A program made the position numbers and the translations under genes. A DNA stretch of 63,977 nucleotides, counting the filler, from Reticulomyxa filosa (taxonomy: Eukaryota > Protista > Foraminifera): assembly GCA_000512085.1 (NCBI GenBank). It is 18 parts of 18 records of this genome, joined end to end, with 100 filler letters (N's around TTAATTAATTAA, not from the genome) between each part and the next. Parts side by side here need not be neighbours in the genome. Positions count along the whole stretch, not along the records: positions 25,407 to 28,270 come from ASPP01002899.1; positions 28,371 to 29,712 come from ASPP01024965.1; positions 29,813 to 35,066 come from ASPP01016785.1; positions 35,167 to 36,641 come from ASPP01013843.1; positions 36,742 to 37,903 come from ASPP01028235.1; positions 38,004 to 48,275 come from ASPP01025858.1; 12 more parts are not named here. One strand, 5' to 3'. The notes beneath the pieces are model-generated. The model saw only the letters and a program-made list of their open reading frames with translations. It did no database searches and was not told the DNA's origin. Shown here piece after piece: positions 27,137 to 38,995 of this stretch (positions within the stretch are counted from its first letter, which is position 1; each line of letters starts with the position of its first letter).

Positions 27137-29812
27137 GCCGAAAATGTGAAAAATTGGATAAGGGTCTAAAAAAGTAAAAAACAATTGAGAAAAAGATTTT
27201 GCTCACGTTGAGGACCCACACCAAACTAGTTTCCTCCAAAAAGTTTTACAACTTTCATTTGTTTATAAGAAAAATAGTCGTAAAATTATTACGCTTTGCT
27301 ATTGTACGTGTTGATAAATAATGCTAATATTCCGAGTTTATGTAATTAAATTGGTTTACACTTTTTACAAAAGTGCGAATTTCCATTGAATGTTTTATTG
27401 ATTCTTTTTGTTTTTCGTAACAAACTGTTGGTTTTCATTAATAACTCAATGTACTACAAATTTTCGCATAATACTATAGAACAGTATATTATGTAACGTT
27501 CATAAGATATAACGAGAAATGTCAACATTATAACTTTTGAATTATTTAATATTTGTGTATTCAAACTGGAAATTTGTATTGGAATTAATTTGAAATTTAG
27601 TTTCAGTATCAGTTACACAGCTAATAAGATGAATGATAAACTACTCACTTATGGAACTACAGTAGGATAAAAAAGAAAGTTGACACCTAAAATGCTATCT
27701 TATAGAGATAATTGTGTTTCTCCATGAAAAAACAACATTTAATTAAAATTTTTTTAAAAAATATCTACGAATCGTGTAGTTTTTAAATATCATTTTGGTT
27801 TTTTATTAAGTCTTTATAATTTTTTCAAAAATTTTAATCTTTCATTTACTTTAAAAAAATTTTTTGTGGTACATGAGTATGATAATATTTGTTTTAAAAT
27901 TTAATTCAAGTTTACCAACGTGTTAAATATCATTTGGCTTTTTTAACTGCATGTATTCTCTTTGGAATCGACTTTATTAAGGTTTCACAAATATTTTTTT
28001 CTATTTTTTCACATTCTGTTTCGAATTAGTTACAAATTTTTTCATTGGTATTAAATGGTCATTTTTTATGAAGCATTATATTTACTATACACCAAAGATT
28101 TTCAATTGGATTTAAATCAGGTGAATTTACAGAAAATTCATTTTTTTCATTTTTTTTTTTTTTAACTATTTCATAATTTTTTCAGATCATTGCATGTTGG
28201 ATTTTCTTTCTGAAAATCCAAATCTCTTGACGCTCTTTATATTTCGTCAGATAAAACTTCGTTATATATANNNNNNNNNNNNNNNNNNNNNNNNNNNNNN
28301 NNNNNNNNNNNNNNTTAATTAATTAANNNNNNNNNNNNNNNNNNNNNNNNNNNNNNNNNNNNNNNNNNNNAATTAAATAATGAGGTTTTAATGTGGTAGT
28401 ACTAAAAACATAAGTATGTCACAGTGTTCTTATGCAGAAAGAATCTGATCTGCCGACCTGACCGGGGTGTTATGCGTTCTGTATCTGGTGAATACGCATC
28501 TTTTTTCCAAATTTTTCTTTTGATATTATTACTTAACAAAAATTCTCTTGTAATTTTATGAATTATCAGTAATTTTTTTTTGGGACGGAAAAAAAAATCA
28601 TATGTACATAAAGCGTAGTACTTCAGATTACTCCCTTTAACATTAACACTTCATTTGTTGTAATCAAACTTGAAGTGAGCTTCCTTGTATAAAGACGATT
28701 ACAAAAATGCATGTTTACAAATCTCTTACGCTCAGTACCGGTTTTTGCCTGCAGACAACAGCAATTCTTGTCACTCCAGAGATGATTAATCAAAATGACT
28801 CGAAAGTGCAATGACTGTATTTTTCATTGCAACCCTCGTATACAAATGACTTCACTTCACACAACCCACAAAAACAATGAATGATATTATCCTTAACAGC
28901 AATTCCATTTGAAGTAAAAATATCAAATCAGATTGTATTAAACCTATTACTCTCTTGAGAAAATTTAAAAAGATATAGAATGAACGAACTTTGCTGCAAC
29001 ATGACAAAATTATAAACTATTGCTTGATTGCACAAAATTCACTTAAAACGATTGATCAATCGTCAATGTGTGCTAGGATAGATCAAGTGACAAATTTAAA
29101 ATTTTGAGCGATATTTATTGCTCTTGGAAGTAAATTTCTTGATTGACAATGCATAGATTTCTTTATTTGACAGATCATCAAAATAATGGCTTTTGGATTA
29201 TAACTTGCTTAACAATCAGATAGTAATATTTTTTATTTTCATTGATAAAGTAAAGATTGTATTTTTTGTTTGGCTAGAAGACAAAGAGATTATCACAAAT
29301 TTTTTATTATTAATTTCTTTAACGATAATATAAATTTTTTATTCTCAAGTTTCAATAACAAAAACTCCACCTTGAATAGCACACATTTTATATCAATAAT
29401 TATTTTAGATATGATTAAATTGTGTTCCAATCGAACGAATGTGTGAAAGTTACCGTGACGATTATGTATGTGATAGTCGTAATTGGAAGTGAAAAAGAGC
29501 ATCAATTTGACTATTGTTTGAGTGTCCATCGAATGAAAAAGAGCCAAATTGATTGACTTGTTTTGAAAACAAAGATGCAATAGAAAATGCTTTGATAGAA
29601 AAAAAACTAATCTGTAACATCACTGGTGAATCCAAATTCAAAAATGAGAAACTACTGTACCAATTGATCGAAGAATTTTCTGAAGAGATTTCTTTAACAG
29701 ATTTGAATTGTTNNNNNNNNNNNNNNNNNNNNNNNNNNNNNNNNNNNNNNNNNNNNTTAATTAATTAANNNNNNNNNNNNNNNNNNNNNNNNNNNNNNNN
29801 NNNNNNNNNNNN

Positions 29813-30054
29813 AAAAAAAAAGCATTACGTCCAAAGTTTGTCGTCAGCTCTTCTGTCAATGCTTCCACTGACGCATTACTCGATGATTCCGTCAGTTGCT
29901 GCAGCTTTGAATATAATGATGCGAAAGGACTGTCAGTTTCTGCAACTTTCTTTTCTTCTGACGAAGGATTCAATGACTGACTTGGCGTTTGTTTCGCCGT
30001 TTTGTCTTCCAAGAAGGCCACAAGCGAATCCAATAATTCCACACTAGTACTCAT
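29813..30054 (-). CDS. First exon of a hypothetical protein (3' truncated)
   Basis: MSTSVELLDSLVAFLE.. ORF ending at a GTAATG donor before the contig end. Confidence 0.45.
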
Positions 30055-30439
30055 CTATGATTGGAGATTATGGAGAAGGGGGCAAAAAAAAAACTGAAGG
30101 ATTATTTTCAGTAGAAGTAAACAAATAACTAATATTTGGTATTGATTTTTAATTAATTATGCCAATTAAATACTTTCTAAAGAAATTTGAAATGCCGTGT
30201 GCTTGTTTTTTCAATAAAAATAGAAATTCTATGCTCTTTTGTATATACTTGAAACAATTGAAAGGCTCAAGCAGATACATTTATTAGTATAACTTTAGAG
30301 TGAGTCAGTTATAACTATTTTTAATTACTTTTGATAAAGTTGTTACTCTTTAGTCTATTATAAACATACTGCCAATTTATCAATAAAAAATGTAACTTTA
30401 CTTATTGTTAAGTCTGTTGTATTTGATCATTATGATGAG

Positions 30440-30939
30440 GAAAAAACTCTGGTTGATCAAATCCGAATGGAATTGCATGTTTGACTGACGTGAATGGACA
30501 CTCGAAGTGCTTAAAGCAACAATCAAAGACTTTTAAGGGACACGAATTGTTCAAATGCTCCTCAACTTCCCTTTAAACTCGCACTCCGTTTTGGACTCTG
30601 GCTCCAATTTGCGTTCCAAAGGCTTGGAGCTTGTTGGCTCAGCTCATATTGGAGCGAGCACGTTACTGTCAAATCTCCAATGCGGTTTTACGAAAATTTG
30701 TTTCTGCAATGGGCACAATTAACATGCTTTTCAATTGAACATTAACCATTGTTTTATTTCAAATATTTTTTCAGACAATGTTCTCCAACTACTCGTTGGT
30801 TCGTGTGCTTGGTTGTTCCCAAACTAATTGCACTGGTTTTTTGCAATCTGGTTACAAATGGAGCAAATATAATCTTCAATTGCTCTTGGGAAATAGATGT
30901 CAATATCCAATTTTTGTCAAAGCTGCCCTTATGAAACAT
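30440..30939 (-). pseudogene. Degenerate copy of the TRAF-zinc-finger family
   Basis: Retains SFDKNWIL, VVGEHCLKKYL, IGDLTVTC and CEFKGKL matching 40678-41295, but has several in-frame stops and frameshifts. Confidence 0.75.
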
Positions 30940-31818
30940 TAATATTGACGTTTGTTTTTTTTTCTTTTAAAGAAAAAGTTATGGGAACAGAAAACAACGG
31001 ACAACACGCTGTTGTGAACAATAAACAAGTAAAATCTTGTAATTCAAAAAGTTACCAATGGCAAAACTAATGAATATGCTCAAGAAAGATGAAAATTCGG
31101 ATAAACAAAATATATTTGAGAAGATAACATTATCCACTGCACTGGGACAGTCGCATAAAACATAATGCGACTACTTGTATTTTTCGAGTGACCAATCTCA
31201 TCGAGAAAAAAAGACTATAAAAGTGATTACCCTTTTTGAAATTACAAGAAAAAAAATTAGCGTTTGTTGTCAATGCTCAAAGCAGCCTTTCAACTATGGT
31301 AGAATGGTCTGCTGAATGTTCCGAAAATTCATATTTTTGTTACAAATTTAAATAAACCAACTTTACAAGTTTTTTGTTTTACATTCACTGTTATTTCTAC
31401 GTACATTCACCACAGAACAAAAAAGTTCAATTTGCAAAAAAACACAACAAAAATCACAAATAAAACGAAAGTAACATTTTTTTTTGAGTGTTTCTTCGTC
31501 AAATAAAAAATTAACAAGACAAGACAAAATTTAACGGTAAGCTCTATAATCATTTCAATACTTTCAGTATCAGTACTGCTCCAGCGTTTATCATTCAGGA
31601 TTTGTTGTATCTTGAACAACATTAAAGAAAAGCAAAAAAAAAAAAGGGATCAGACCCCTTGTTAGGGGCCTTCTGTTTGCTAGTTACTGGATTGTGCTTT
31701 GATTTTTGTTCAAAAAGATTTGCACTTCATTTGAAACAAAAACAGCAAGGCAAAATTGCCTCGTTTTAAAAGGATCAAACGACTAAGTGCATTTCAGCTG
31801 ACGGATACTATTTTGTAA

Positions 31819-32948
31819 ATGGTATCAGCTGTTGTATCTTCACTCAGTTCCCAAACCCTGTGGCTAGCAAGAACGTACGTTTAGTTCAGCACGTCTTTTT
31901 TTTTTAAATTGAATAAATTGAAATGTTGCAATCAAGGTCCAAAGAAATTTTTTTTTTTTTTTGCCTTAATTGTATTGATCTGTGTGCGTCTATTCTGTCC
32001 ACTGTAGCGTACGTCGCCGTGGAGGAGCGTTGAATGGCCGCTTGACGGACTCGTCGTCGGTGTTGAAGGACAAGAAAGAAGGGGAGTGGAAACTGTTCGG
32101 AGTGTGCGCAGTACTAGCACTCGTGATCACAATAATGTGTGTGGTGTGGTTCAGCAGTCGCACAGCGTCAAAAGAGATGTCAACGATATCGGAACGAAGT
32201 CAAGTGATCGACAGCAGAGAAGCGCATGTATCAAACGAAAGAGACAATTCCAATTCCAATAACAATAACAACAACAAAGAAGAAAAATGCGCGATTCCAA
32301 TCAACTTAAAAAAAATGGACCGAGATTAGGACAACTGGAAGGTTTTTTCCCAAAAAAGGAAGATCTGAAAGAGGCGTTAACGAAAAAGAATAGAGGAAAA
32401 CATAAGAACAAGTATACAGATACCATCAAAGGTATTTTTTTTTTAAAAAAAAAATTTATTAAAATGGTATCTTTGTTTTTTAAAAAAAAAAAAAAAAACA
32501 ACAAAGATTTGAAAGATGATCGTGCACTTGATGACAGCGAAATAATAAATCCTTATCATAATGGCGAAAGGAAACTCGACGACTTTGCACCAAAAGATAA
32601 AAATAATGCAAAACTTGATACCAATGCAGTTCCACTTCATCAAGAAATTGATCAAAGTTTCCCAATTTTTTCTTTTTTTTTTTTAATGCTCACCTTTTAT
32701 CCTCAACTCGCAAAGTCGCACATGCATGCACATGAGTTATAGAGGATGTGGACAATGGAAATAAGAAGCAAAGCACTTCATGTTATGATCGAGCTGCGCC
32801 GGTCATCTGCCGTGAAGCGCAAGAAAAAGGCAAGTGCGAAGAAAAGAAAAACATCTGTGCGAAAACATGCGGATATTGTCAATCCACTCCCAAGCACAAA
32901 GATGATAAAGTCCTCATCATTGAGAATCCACTTCAATTTCAATATTAA
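31819..32948 (+). CDS. Type II membrane protein with a C-terminal ShK-toxin-like (ShKT) domain
   Basis: ATG at 31819, phase-2 intron ending at 32007, TM helix LFGVCAVLALVITIMCVVWF. Last exon CYDRAAPVICREAQEKGKCEEKKNICAKTCGYC (six Cys, CxKTCGxC end). One homopolymer frameshift near 32310. Confidence 0.7.
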
Positions 32949-33598
32949 ATTGTTGTCAAATTTAATCATTTTATTTTTATTTGGTGTTCCAAATCATTCT
33001 GACAAGTCGCTCTGAGCTCTGCGTTCATGGCATCCAACAATGGCAATGAGCTGTTTGCGCAAACAGCTCATTGCCGAGGCCCATCTATCTGTTGACATGT
33101 GACAAAACAGACTATATTTTTTGGAAACCAGTGAAAATTACCTTTTTTTTAAGCAAAAAAAGTGGAAATAAAAATGCAAATTAGTTCTCTTTTTGATCAG
33201 CACATTTGCATCTCTTCTCTCGCATTAATAATAATAAAAAAAAGACGTGTGCAAATAGCAAGAGAATACACAACAAATGCATTCAATTTTTTTTTTTTTT
33301 TTGAGCCATTTGATGACTGTCTCAGAAAGCAAAAAAAAGACCAGAGATTCGAGTCTCCTTAAAACAAATGTGCCAACATAGGGCAAATGAGGAAGAAAAA
33401 GGATGTATATGGACGCTTACAAAAAATAACTCAGAGACATAAGCTCATTGTATAAACGTTGAATTTGCTAAAGTGGAAGAAAAAGATGAGATGAAATATC
33501 AAAAAAAAAAAAAAAAAAAGTTTGTAAAAAATTTGGAACGAAGCAACACAAAGGTAGCCCAAGTGTATGTGAGTATAAAAAAGGTCTGTATAAAGAAA

Positions 33599-35010
33599 TT
33601 AAGGTTTATTGGACTGATTATCTTGTTTATCAGTACTCTGCTGCTGTTGTTGTTGTTGTTGTTGTTCTTGAGGATATCCATAAATTCTCTCTCCAATTTT
33701 GCGCAGCGACTTGGCCAAGACATCTCTGGCGGTTTTGTAGTCCTCGGGAGTGGACGCCTCGTTGTTACGCACGTCCCTGAGATGGGCAATGGCTTGGACA
33801 ATTTCGTGTTTGAGTTCGTCGCCAACCTGTGGTTTGAACTCTTGCAGTTGCACTTCGGCCTGCCAAAGTTCGGTATCGGCGGCGTTTTTGACCTCAGCAG
33901 TTTCTTTGCGTTTCAAGTCCTGCGCATGCATTTGTTCGGCGTCTTGCTTCATGCGCGCGATATCGTCATCGGAGAGTCCGCCGCTGGTCTGCACGCGCAT
34001 GGACTGGTCTTTGGCGGACGCAATATCTTTGGCGGAGACGTGCAGAATGCCATTGGCATCCAAGTCGAAGGACACTTCAATTTTGGGATGTCCCCTGGGA
34101 GCAGGGGGGATGCCAATCAAATCAAAGTGTCCCAAGAACTTGTTATCGATAGCCATTTCACGTTCGCCCTGATATACTTTGATACCGACTTGAGTTTGGT
34201 TATCAAACGCAGTGCTGAACAGCTCTGTTCTCTTTGTCGGAATGGCCGTGTTTTTATCGACGAGACGAGTGAACAGACCACCTAAAGTTTCAATCCCAAG
34301 TGACAGCGGAGTAACGTCAATGAGCACAACCCCTTCCAATTTGCCTCCCAACACTCCGCCTTGAATCGCCGCGCCCATGGCCACCACTTCATCCGGATTC
34401 ACCGACTTGGACGGCACACGTCCGAAAAATTTTTCCGCCACCTCTTGCACTTTGGGCATCCTGGTCATGCCTCCAACCAAAATCACCTCCGCAAGATCGG
34501 ACTTGCTAACACCGGCGTCTTTCAAACACTGCTCGCAAGGTGCCAATGTGCGCTGAATATACTTGTCCACCAAACTCTCAAAGCGTGCGCGAGTCAACTC
34601 CATGTCCAAATGCTTTGGACCAGTGGCGTCCGCTGTGATAAAAGGCGCGCTCAAGTCTGTCTTCATTGCACTCGACAACTCGATCTTGGCCTTCTCCGCT
34701 ACCTCCTTCAGTCGCTGCACTACCAACGGGTCGTGCAACAAGTCCACATTGTTCTCCTTCTTAAACTCGTTTCCAATGTATTTCAACAGCTCGTTGTCAA
34801 AGTCCTCCCCGCCCAATGCCGTGTCCCCATTCGTCGCCATCACTTCAAACACCCCTTCGTTCAACGACAAGATACTTATGTCGAACGTGCCTCCGCCCAA
34901 GTCGAACACCGCCACCGTCCCGTCCTTGCGCGGGTCGGCCACTCCTGAGTCCTTCCCTATCCCATAAGCTAAAGCCGCTGCCGTGGGTTCATTCAATACT
35001 CGTTTCAACC
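33599..35010 (-). CDS. HSPA9: Mitochondrial Hsp70 (mortalin/SSC1, DnaK-type), last exon
   Basis: [51 protein letters not shown] (mitochondrial/alphaproteobacterial type), [14 protein letters not shown]. No EEVD or KDEL. Preceded by an intron acceptor and ends in polyQ. Confidence 0.95.
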
Positions 35011-35166
35011 TAAAAAAAAAACCAATTAACGAAAAATAAAAATAAAAATGTATATATGTATATATANNNNNNNNNNNNNNNNNNNNNNNNNNNNNNNNNN
35101 NNNNNNNNNNTTAATTAATTAANNNNNNNNNNNNNNNNNNNNNNNNNNNNNNNNNNNNNNNNNNNN

Positions 35167-36597
35167 AAAAAAAAAAAAAAAATGATAAAACAACAAACAA
35201 AGAGAAACAATCGATGGAGATTACAACGCCACATATTTATATACAAACCATTATCCATGTTGGCGTAAATCCACCATTCCTAATTCCTTTTTGGCGTACT
35301 ATCCAAACAGTACTACCGGCAATGGGATGTGGGCAATTACGCGAGATAATGGATACCTCACGTGTGTACATATACATATATATTTACATATACGTACATA
35401 TATATACATATATATATGTATGTGTATACGTTTACATTTGCAATGTGAGATAACACTTGTCGAAATGGTATTGATGATAGTATGGTCTATGCGCAATGCA
35501 ATTCAGACAACCCTTTCAATCCAATGGATTGTAATGGACGGTGGCTTCTCGACAATGCAACAGTGCTCGACCCGGATATGACCATTTACAATAGCACGTG
35601 TGCACTGGCGCCGACGTACCAGCCGACGCATACGCCGACGTCCATCCCCACGCATATGCCCACAAACATGCCCACCACCGCTATGCCTACGAGCATGCCC
35701 ACGAACATGCCCACCCATGGTCCGTCGTCTTTGCTCACCACGTCCAACCCCACAAATGCGCCAACTGCTGCCAAGGTGGTGTTGACCTCTGCTCCCAATC
35801 AAAATGAAAGTAGTACATTTGGTAAGCAAACATATATTTAAAAAAAAAAGAAAATGTTTGTTTTTTTTTTTGCAAAGTTTTGAACAAACATGATAAAAAA
35901 AAAATATATATATACATATATATATATATATAGGCAAGAATTTGTTTTGGGTATTAATTCCACTATTGGCTGTTGCATGTGTGTTGGTATTATGCTGTGG
36001 TATGTACTTGAATCACGCGATGAAAAAGAAAAGAGAGAGACAAAAAGAAGAGGAAAGAGACACAGAACTAATTGTGAGAAAACTGGAAAAGTTCGAAACG
36101 ATGCTGAACGACCACCAACAGTATGGCACCAACGAATCGCAGTGGAGCAATGAATTGAACGAGCCAGGCAGCACTGTACCTCCATTGAGCGAAGGCGGCA
36201 AAGGAGGAGGAGGAGGAGGAAGAGGGGGAACAGGTGCAGGCACAGGCACAGGAATAGAAATAGGAACAGGGACAGGAGTAATAGTGAGCAGCACAGGAGA
36301 CACAGTCAGCGTCTATTCCGATAGACCCAAGGAAAGCGACCTGTCAAAACATCCCGTTGAATATGAAAACCTAATCCGAGTTTGGGCGAAAACGACACGG
36401 AAATCGTCTATTACAATGAACCTGTTTTGCATTTGTCAGAGCACAAAGCTCAATCCAGCCATCCCTCTGTTGCCAATCACGTGCATATGGAAAGGCCATC
36501 CAAACAAGGCATCGTCCATCCGGTTGTCGAAAGTCATCTCGACGCAAGTATGTCGCATTTCTACCAAACTTATATATACTTATGTACATATACATAC

Positions 36598-36641
<44 letters not shown>
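35167..36641 (+). CDS. Single-pass surface protein with PT (PTxMPT) mucin-like repeats, partial
   Basis: Cys/Trp-containing ectodomain exons, PTHTPTSIPTHMPTNMPT stalk (~35610-35770), TM helix FWVLIPLLAVACVLVLCCGMYL, then a basic stop-transfer and Gly-rich tail. Confidence 0.7.
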
Positions 36642-36908
36642 NNNNNNNNNNNNNNNNNNNNNNNNNNNNNNNNNNNNNNNNNNNNTTAATTAATTAANNN
36701 NNNNNNNNNNNNNNNNNNNNNNNNNNNNNNNNNNNNNNNNNAAATTATCATATATTTTTTGATGAATTTTTGAATAAAAAATTGAAAAAAAAAAATAAGA
36801 AGTGTTATGAACCGAAAATGAATTAGTATAGTACAAGTTCGGGAAATAATCGACTTAGGTACTGACTGCATTGAGCGAATGTACTAGTCATATTTGCTCT
36901 GCATGTTG

Positions 36909-36999
36909 GTGGAGGCGTGTCGGTCTTCATGCGCACCGCTTATGCGGGTTGACTTCCACGTCTAGGTTATACTCATGACTGATCATCATGAGTATAACC
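36909..36999. other. GC-rich structured element ending in a perfect 14-bp hairpin
   Basis: GGTTATACTCATGA (36965-36978) pairs exactly with TCATGAGTATAACC (36986-36999) around a 7-nt loop. Upstream stems GTGGAGG/CTTCCAC and CCGC/GCGG. Function unknown. Confidence 0.6.
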
Positions 37000-37394
37000 C
37001 CATCTCGTTTTTTTCTGATAAATTATATATTTTTTTAATAATTTATTCGAAAATATATTATAATTTACGAAAAAATATATGTTTATCATTTAATTTGTTC
37101 TAATTTTAAATATAAAATTAAAACGAAATATTTTAGCGATTCAAATTTGATTTAAATTTATAATCAATAGAAAAAAAAGTAGATTTGATAATTTGCAAAT
37201 AGTGAAATTTCAGTATAACTTTAGTTATGAACTTTCAAAAGAATATGCTATAAATTAATTAGTTAAAAGAAATATAGAACATCAAACATAAATAACATAA
37301 CGAAACAACGATTCGATGTCATTATTGTTTTTACTTTTTAATTAGGCTGAAGAAAAACGAAAATACATCCAATAGGACAAAAACAAGAAAAAAA

Positions 37395-37652
37395 TTAGGA
37401 ATCAGAAGTTGTTCGTAGGACTCTGCGTTGGTCCTGGCCTTCAGGTTCAGTGTCCCTTCGAGGCTCGTTGGAAAAAGAGACATTCAATATCCTTTGATTT
37501 CCATCATCGAAATTAAGTTTGGAGTGTTTGGAGCCGTAAAAGATGTAAATGGAAAGACCGACAAAGAACCAAGCCACAACACGGGCGAAAGAATCCCATT
37601 TGAGAGAGGCAATCATATAGGAATTGGAGAAGATGCCTAGAGCGGGGACGAC
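37395..37652 (-). pseudogene. C-terminal fragment of a cationic amino-acid transporter (APC/CAT family)
   Basis: VPALGIFSNSYMIASLKWDSFARVVAWFFVGLSIYIFYGSKHSKL matches the CAT C-terminal two-TM signature (..P..S...N.YLM..L....W.RF..W..IG..IYF.YG..HS). No upstream exon or clean acceptor seen. Confidence 0.65.
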
Positions 37653-37903
37653 ATAGAGTTCAACCAAAAATTTTCATGCAACAATGTCGACTTAACAATA
37701 ATTGAGCAAATAAGAAATGAAAGTACAAATTTGAAACCAAAAATTGGAACTACATCTAACCTACAAATAGGAAAGATAGTAAAACAACTTCTTATCGATA
37801 ATCAAAAAATTGTAGCAACAAATCAATTTGATATCGGGCAAATACCCAATGCATGCATATTCTCCAATTCCTATATGATTGCCTCTCTCAAATGGGATTC
37901 TTT
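37588..37903. repeat. Inverted duplication (49 bp, 1 mismatch) running into the contig end
   Basis: 37855-37903 is the reverse complement of 37588-37636, with a 218-nt spacer. Confidence 0.9.
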
Positions 37904-38995
37904 NNNNNNNNNNNNNNNNNNNNNNNNNNNNNNNNNNNNNNNNNNNNTTAATTAATTAANNNNNNNNNNNNNNNNNNNNNNNNNNNNNNNNNNNNNNNNN
38001 NNNTTTTGTACTTGTTTTTTCTCAGATCTCTAATGCATACATCAAATGCTCACATACACTTCCAATACAAATACAAAAACTTCCAAGTACATATAGAGTT
38101 ACAATTAATTTGATCCGCATATCAACAACTGTAGAACTCTTTACACTCTTTTCTTGAGCATCAGGTATACTTACAGGAAACCCGCTTTTTGTGCATCCAA
38201 CAGCATGTCTTTGAGAAGACACCTTAAAAAAGAAGCTCAAAGGAAGTCTTTAGTGCTTCTCTAAGCGTAGAAACTGTTACCTGTACTGTATTCTCAAAGA
38301 CATCACAGTAGTGACTTTGTTATCCGTTTTAAATCTGGATTTTGTCTCACGTTACAAAATAAAAGCAATAAAAAGAAAAACTTATGCCTTCCACTTTAAA
38401 GTTGTGCTACACAACAAATGAATAAAGTGCATATACCAAAACATGGTTATGTTTTTTTCTTCCGTGTTTTTTGCAAAGATCACTAAAAAGCTTAAAACTT
38501 TTTGTTTATGGCTTTTTAACACTTTTATTAATAATTTGTAGTATAATATATTGAGTAACTGATGATCATCCATTCACTGGAGTAATTTACTGACAACCGC
38601 TTTGAAGTCAAAGATTTTAAAAATATGATCTTGTTTTGGGTTTTCTGCCTTAAACCATTTTAGCATCCATAATGTATGTTTTAGTTAATATTAATTTTGA
38701 ACATTGATTTTTTTGTTTATCCAAAACCGGACATGGATCGTGTACATAAACCACAATGTCCAAAAACTCACAAGTTTTGTTTAGTAGTTAGCGTTATACA
38801 CGAGAAGAAATTGCAGCGTAGTGATTATCCTAAATCCAAGCAGATTTTGAAAGCAAAGTAAAAACAATGGTTAATTTTGTAAAAGTGTGAACTCCGAGTT
38901 TTTTTGCAGTAAAAAATTAATTCACATCCAATTTATTTTTTCTTGTTTTGTTGTCATTGATATAATGTAAGCAAAAATGTTCTTGAATTGATATT

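Noticed and set aside
28371-29712. Possible decayed coding sequence
   Set aside because: Many stops in all frames and no recognisable motif.
33473-34967. Long antisense ORFs over Hsp70 (270, 195 and 140 aa)
   Set aside because: Well-known shadow ORFs caused by biased codon usage in Hsp70 genes. No independent protein signal.
33599-35010. DnaK-like sequence as bacterial contamination
   Set aside because: Preceded by a spliceosomal acceptor and (TA)n intron, has a polyQ tail, and shares a contig with host genes. It is nuclear-encoded mitochondrial Hsp70.
36896-36965. HDV-like ribozyme or tRNA
   Set aside because: No complementary P1 strand after the TTCCACGT loop, and no T-loop or anticodon arm. 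Kept only as an unexplained structured element.
38022-38330. Possible further piece of the amino-acid transporter
   Set aside because: Different contig, only a generic hydrophobic stretch, and no diagnostic motif.
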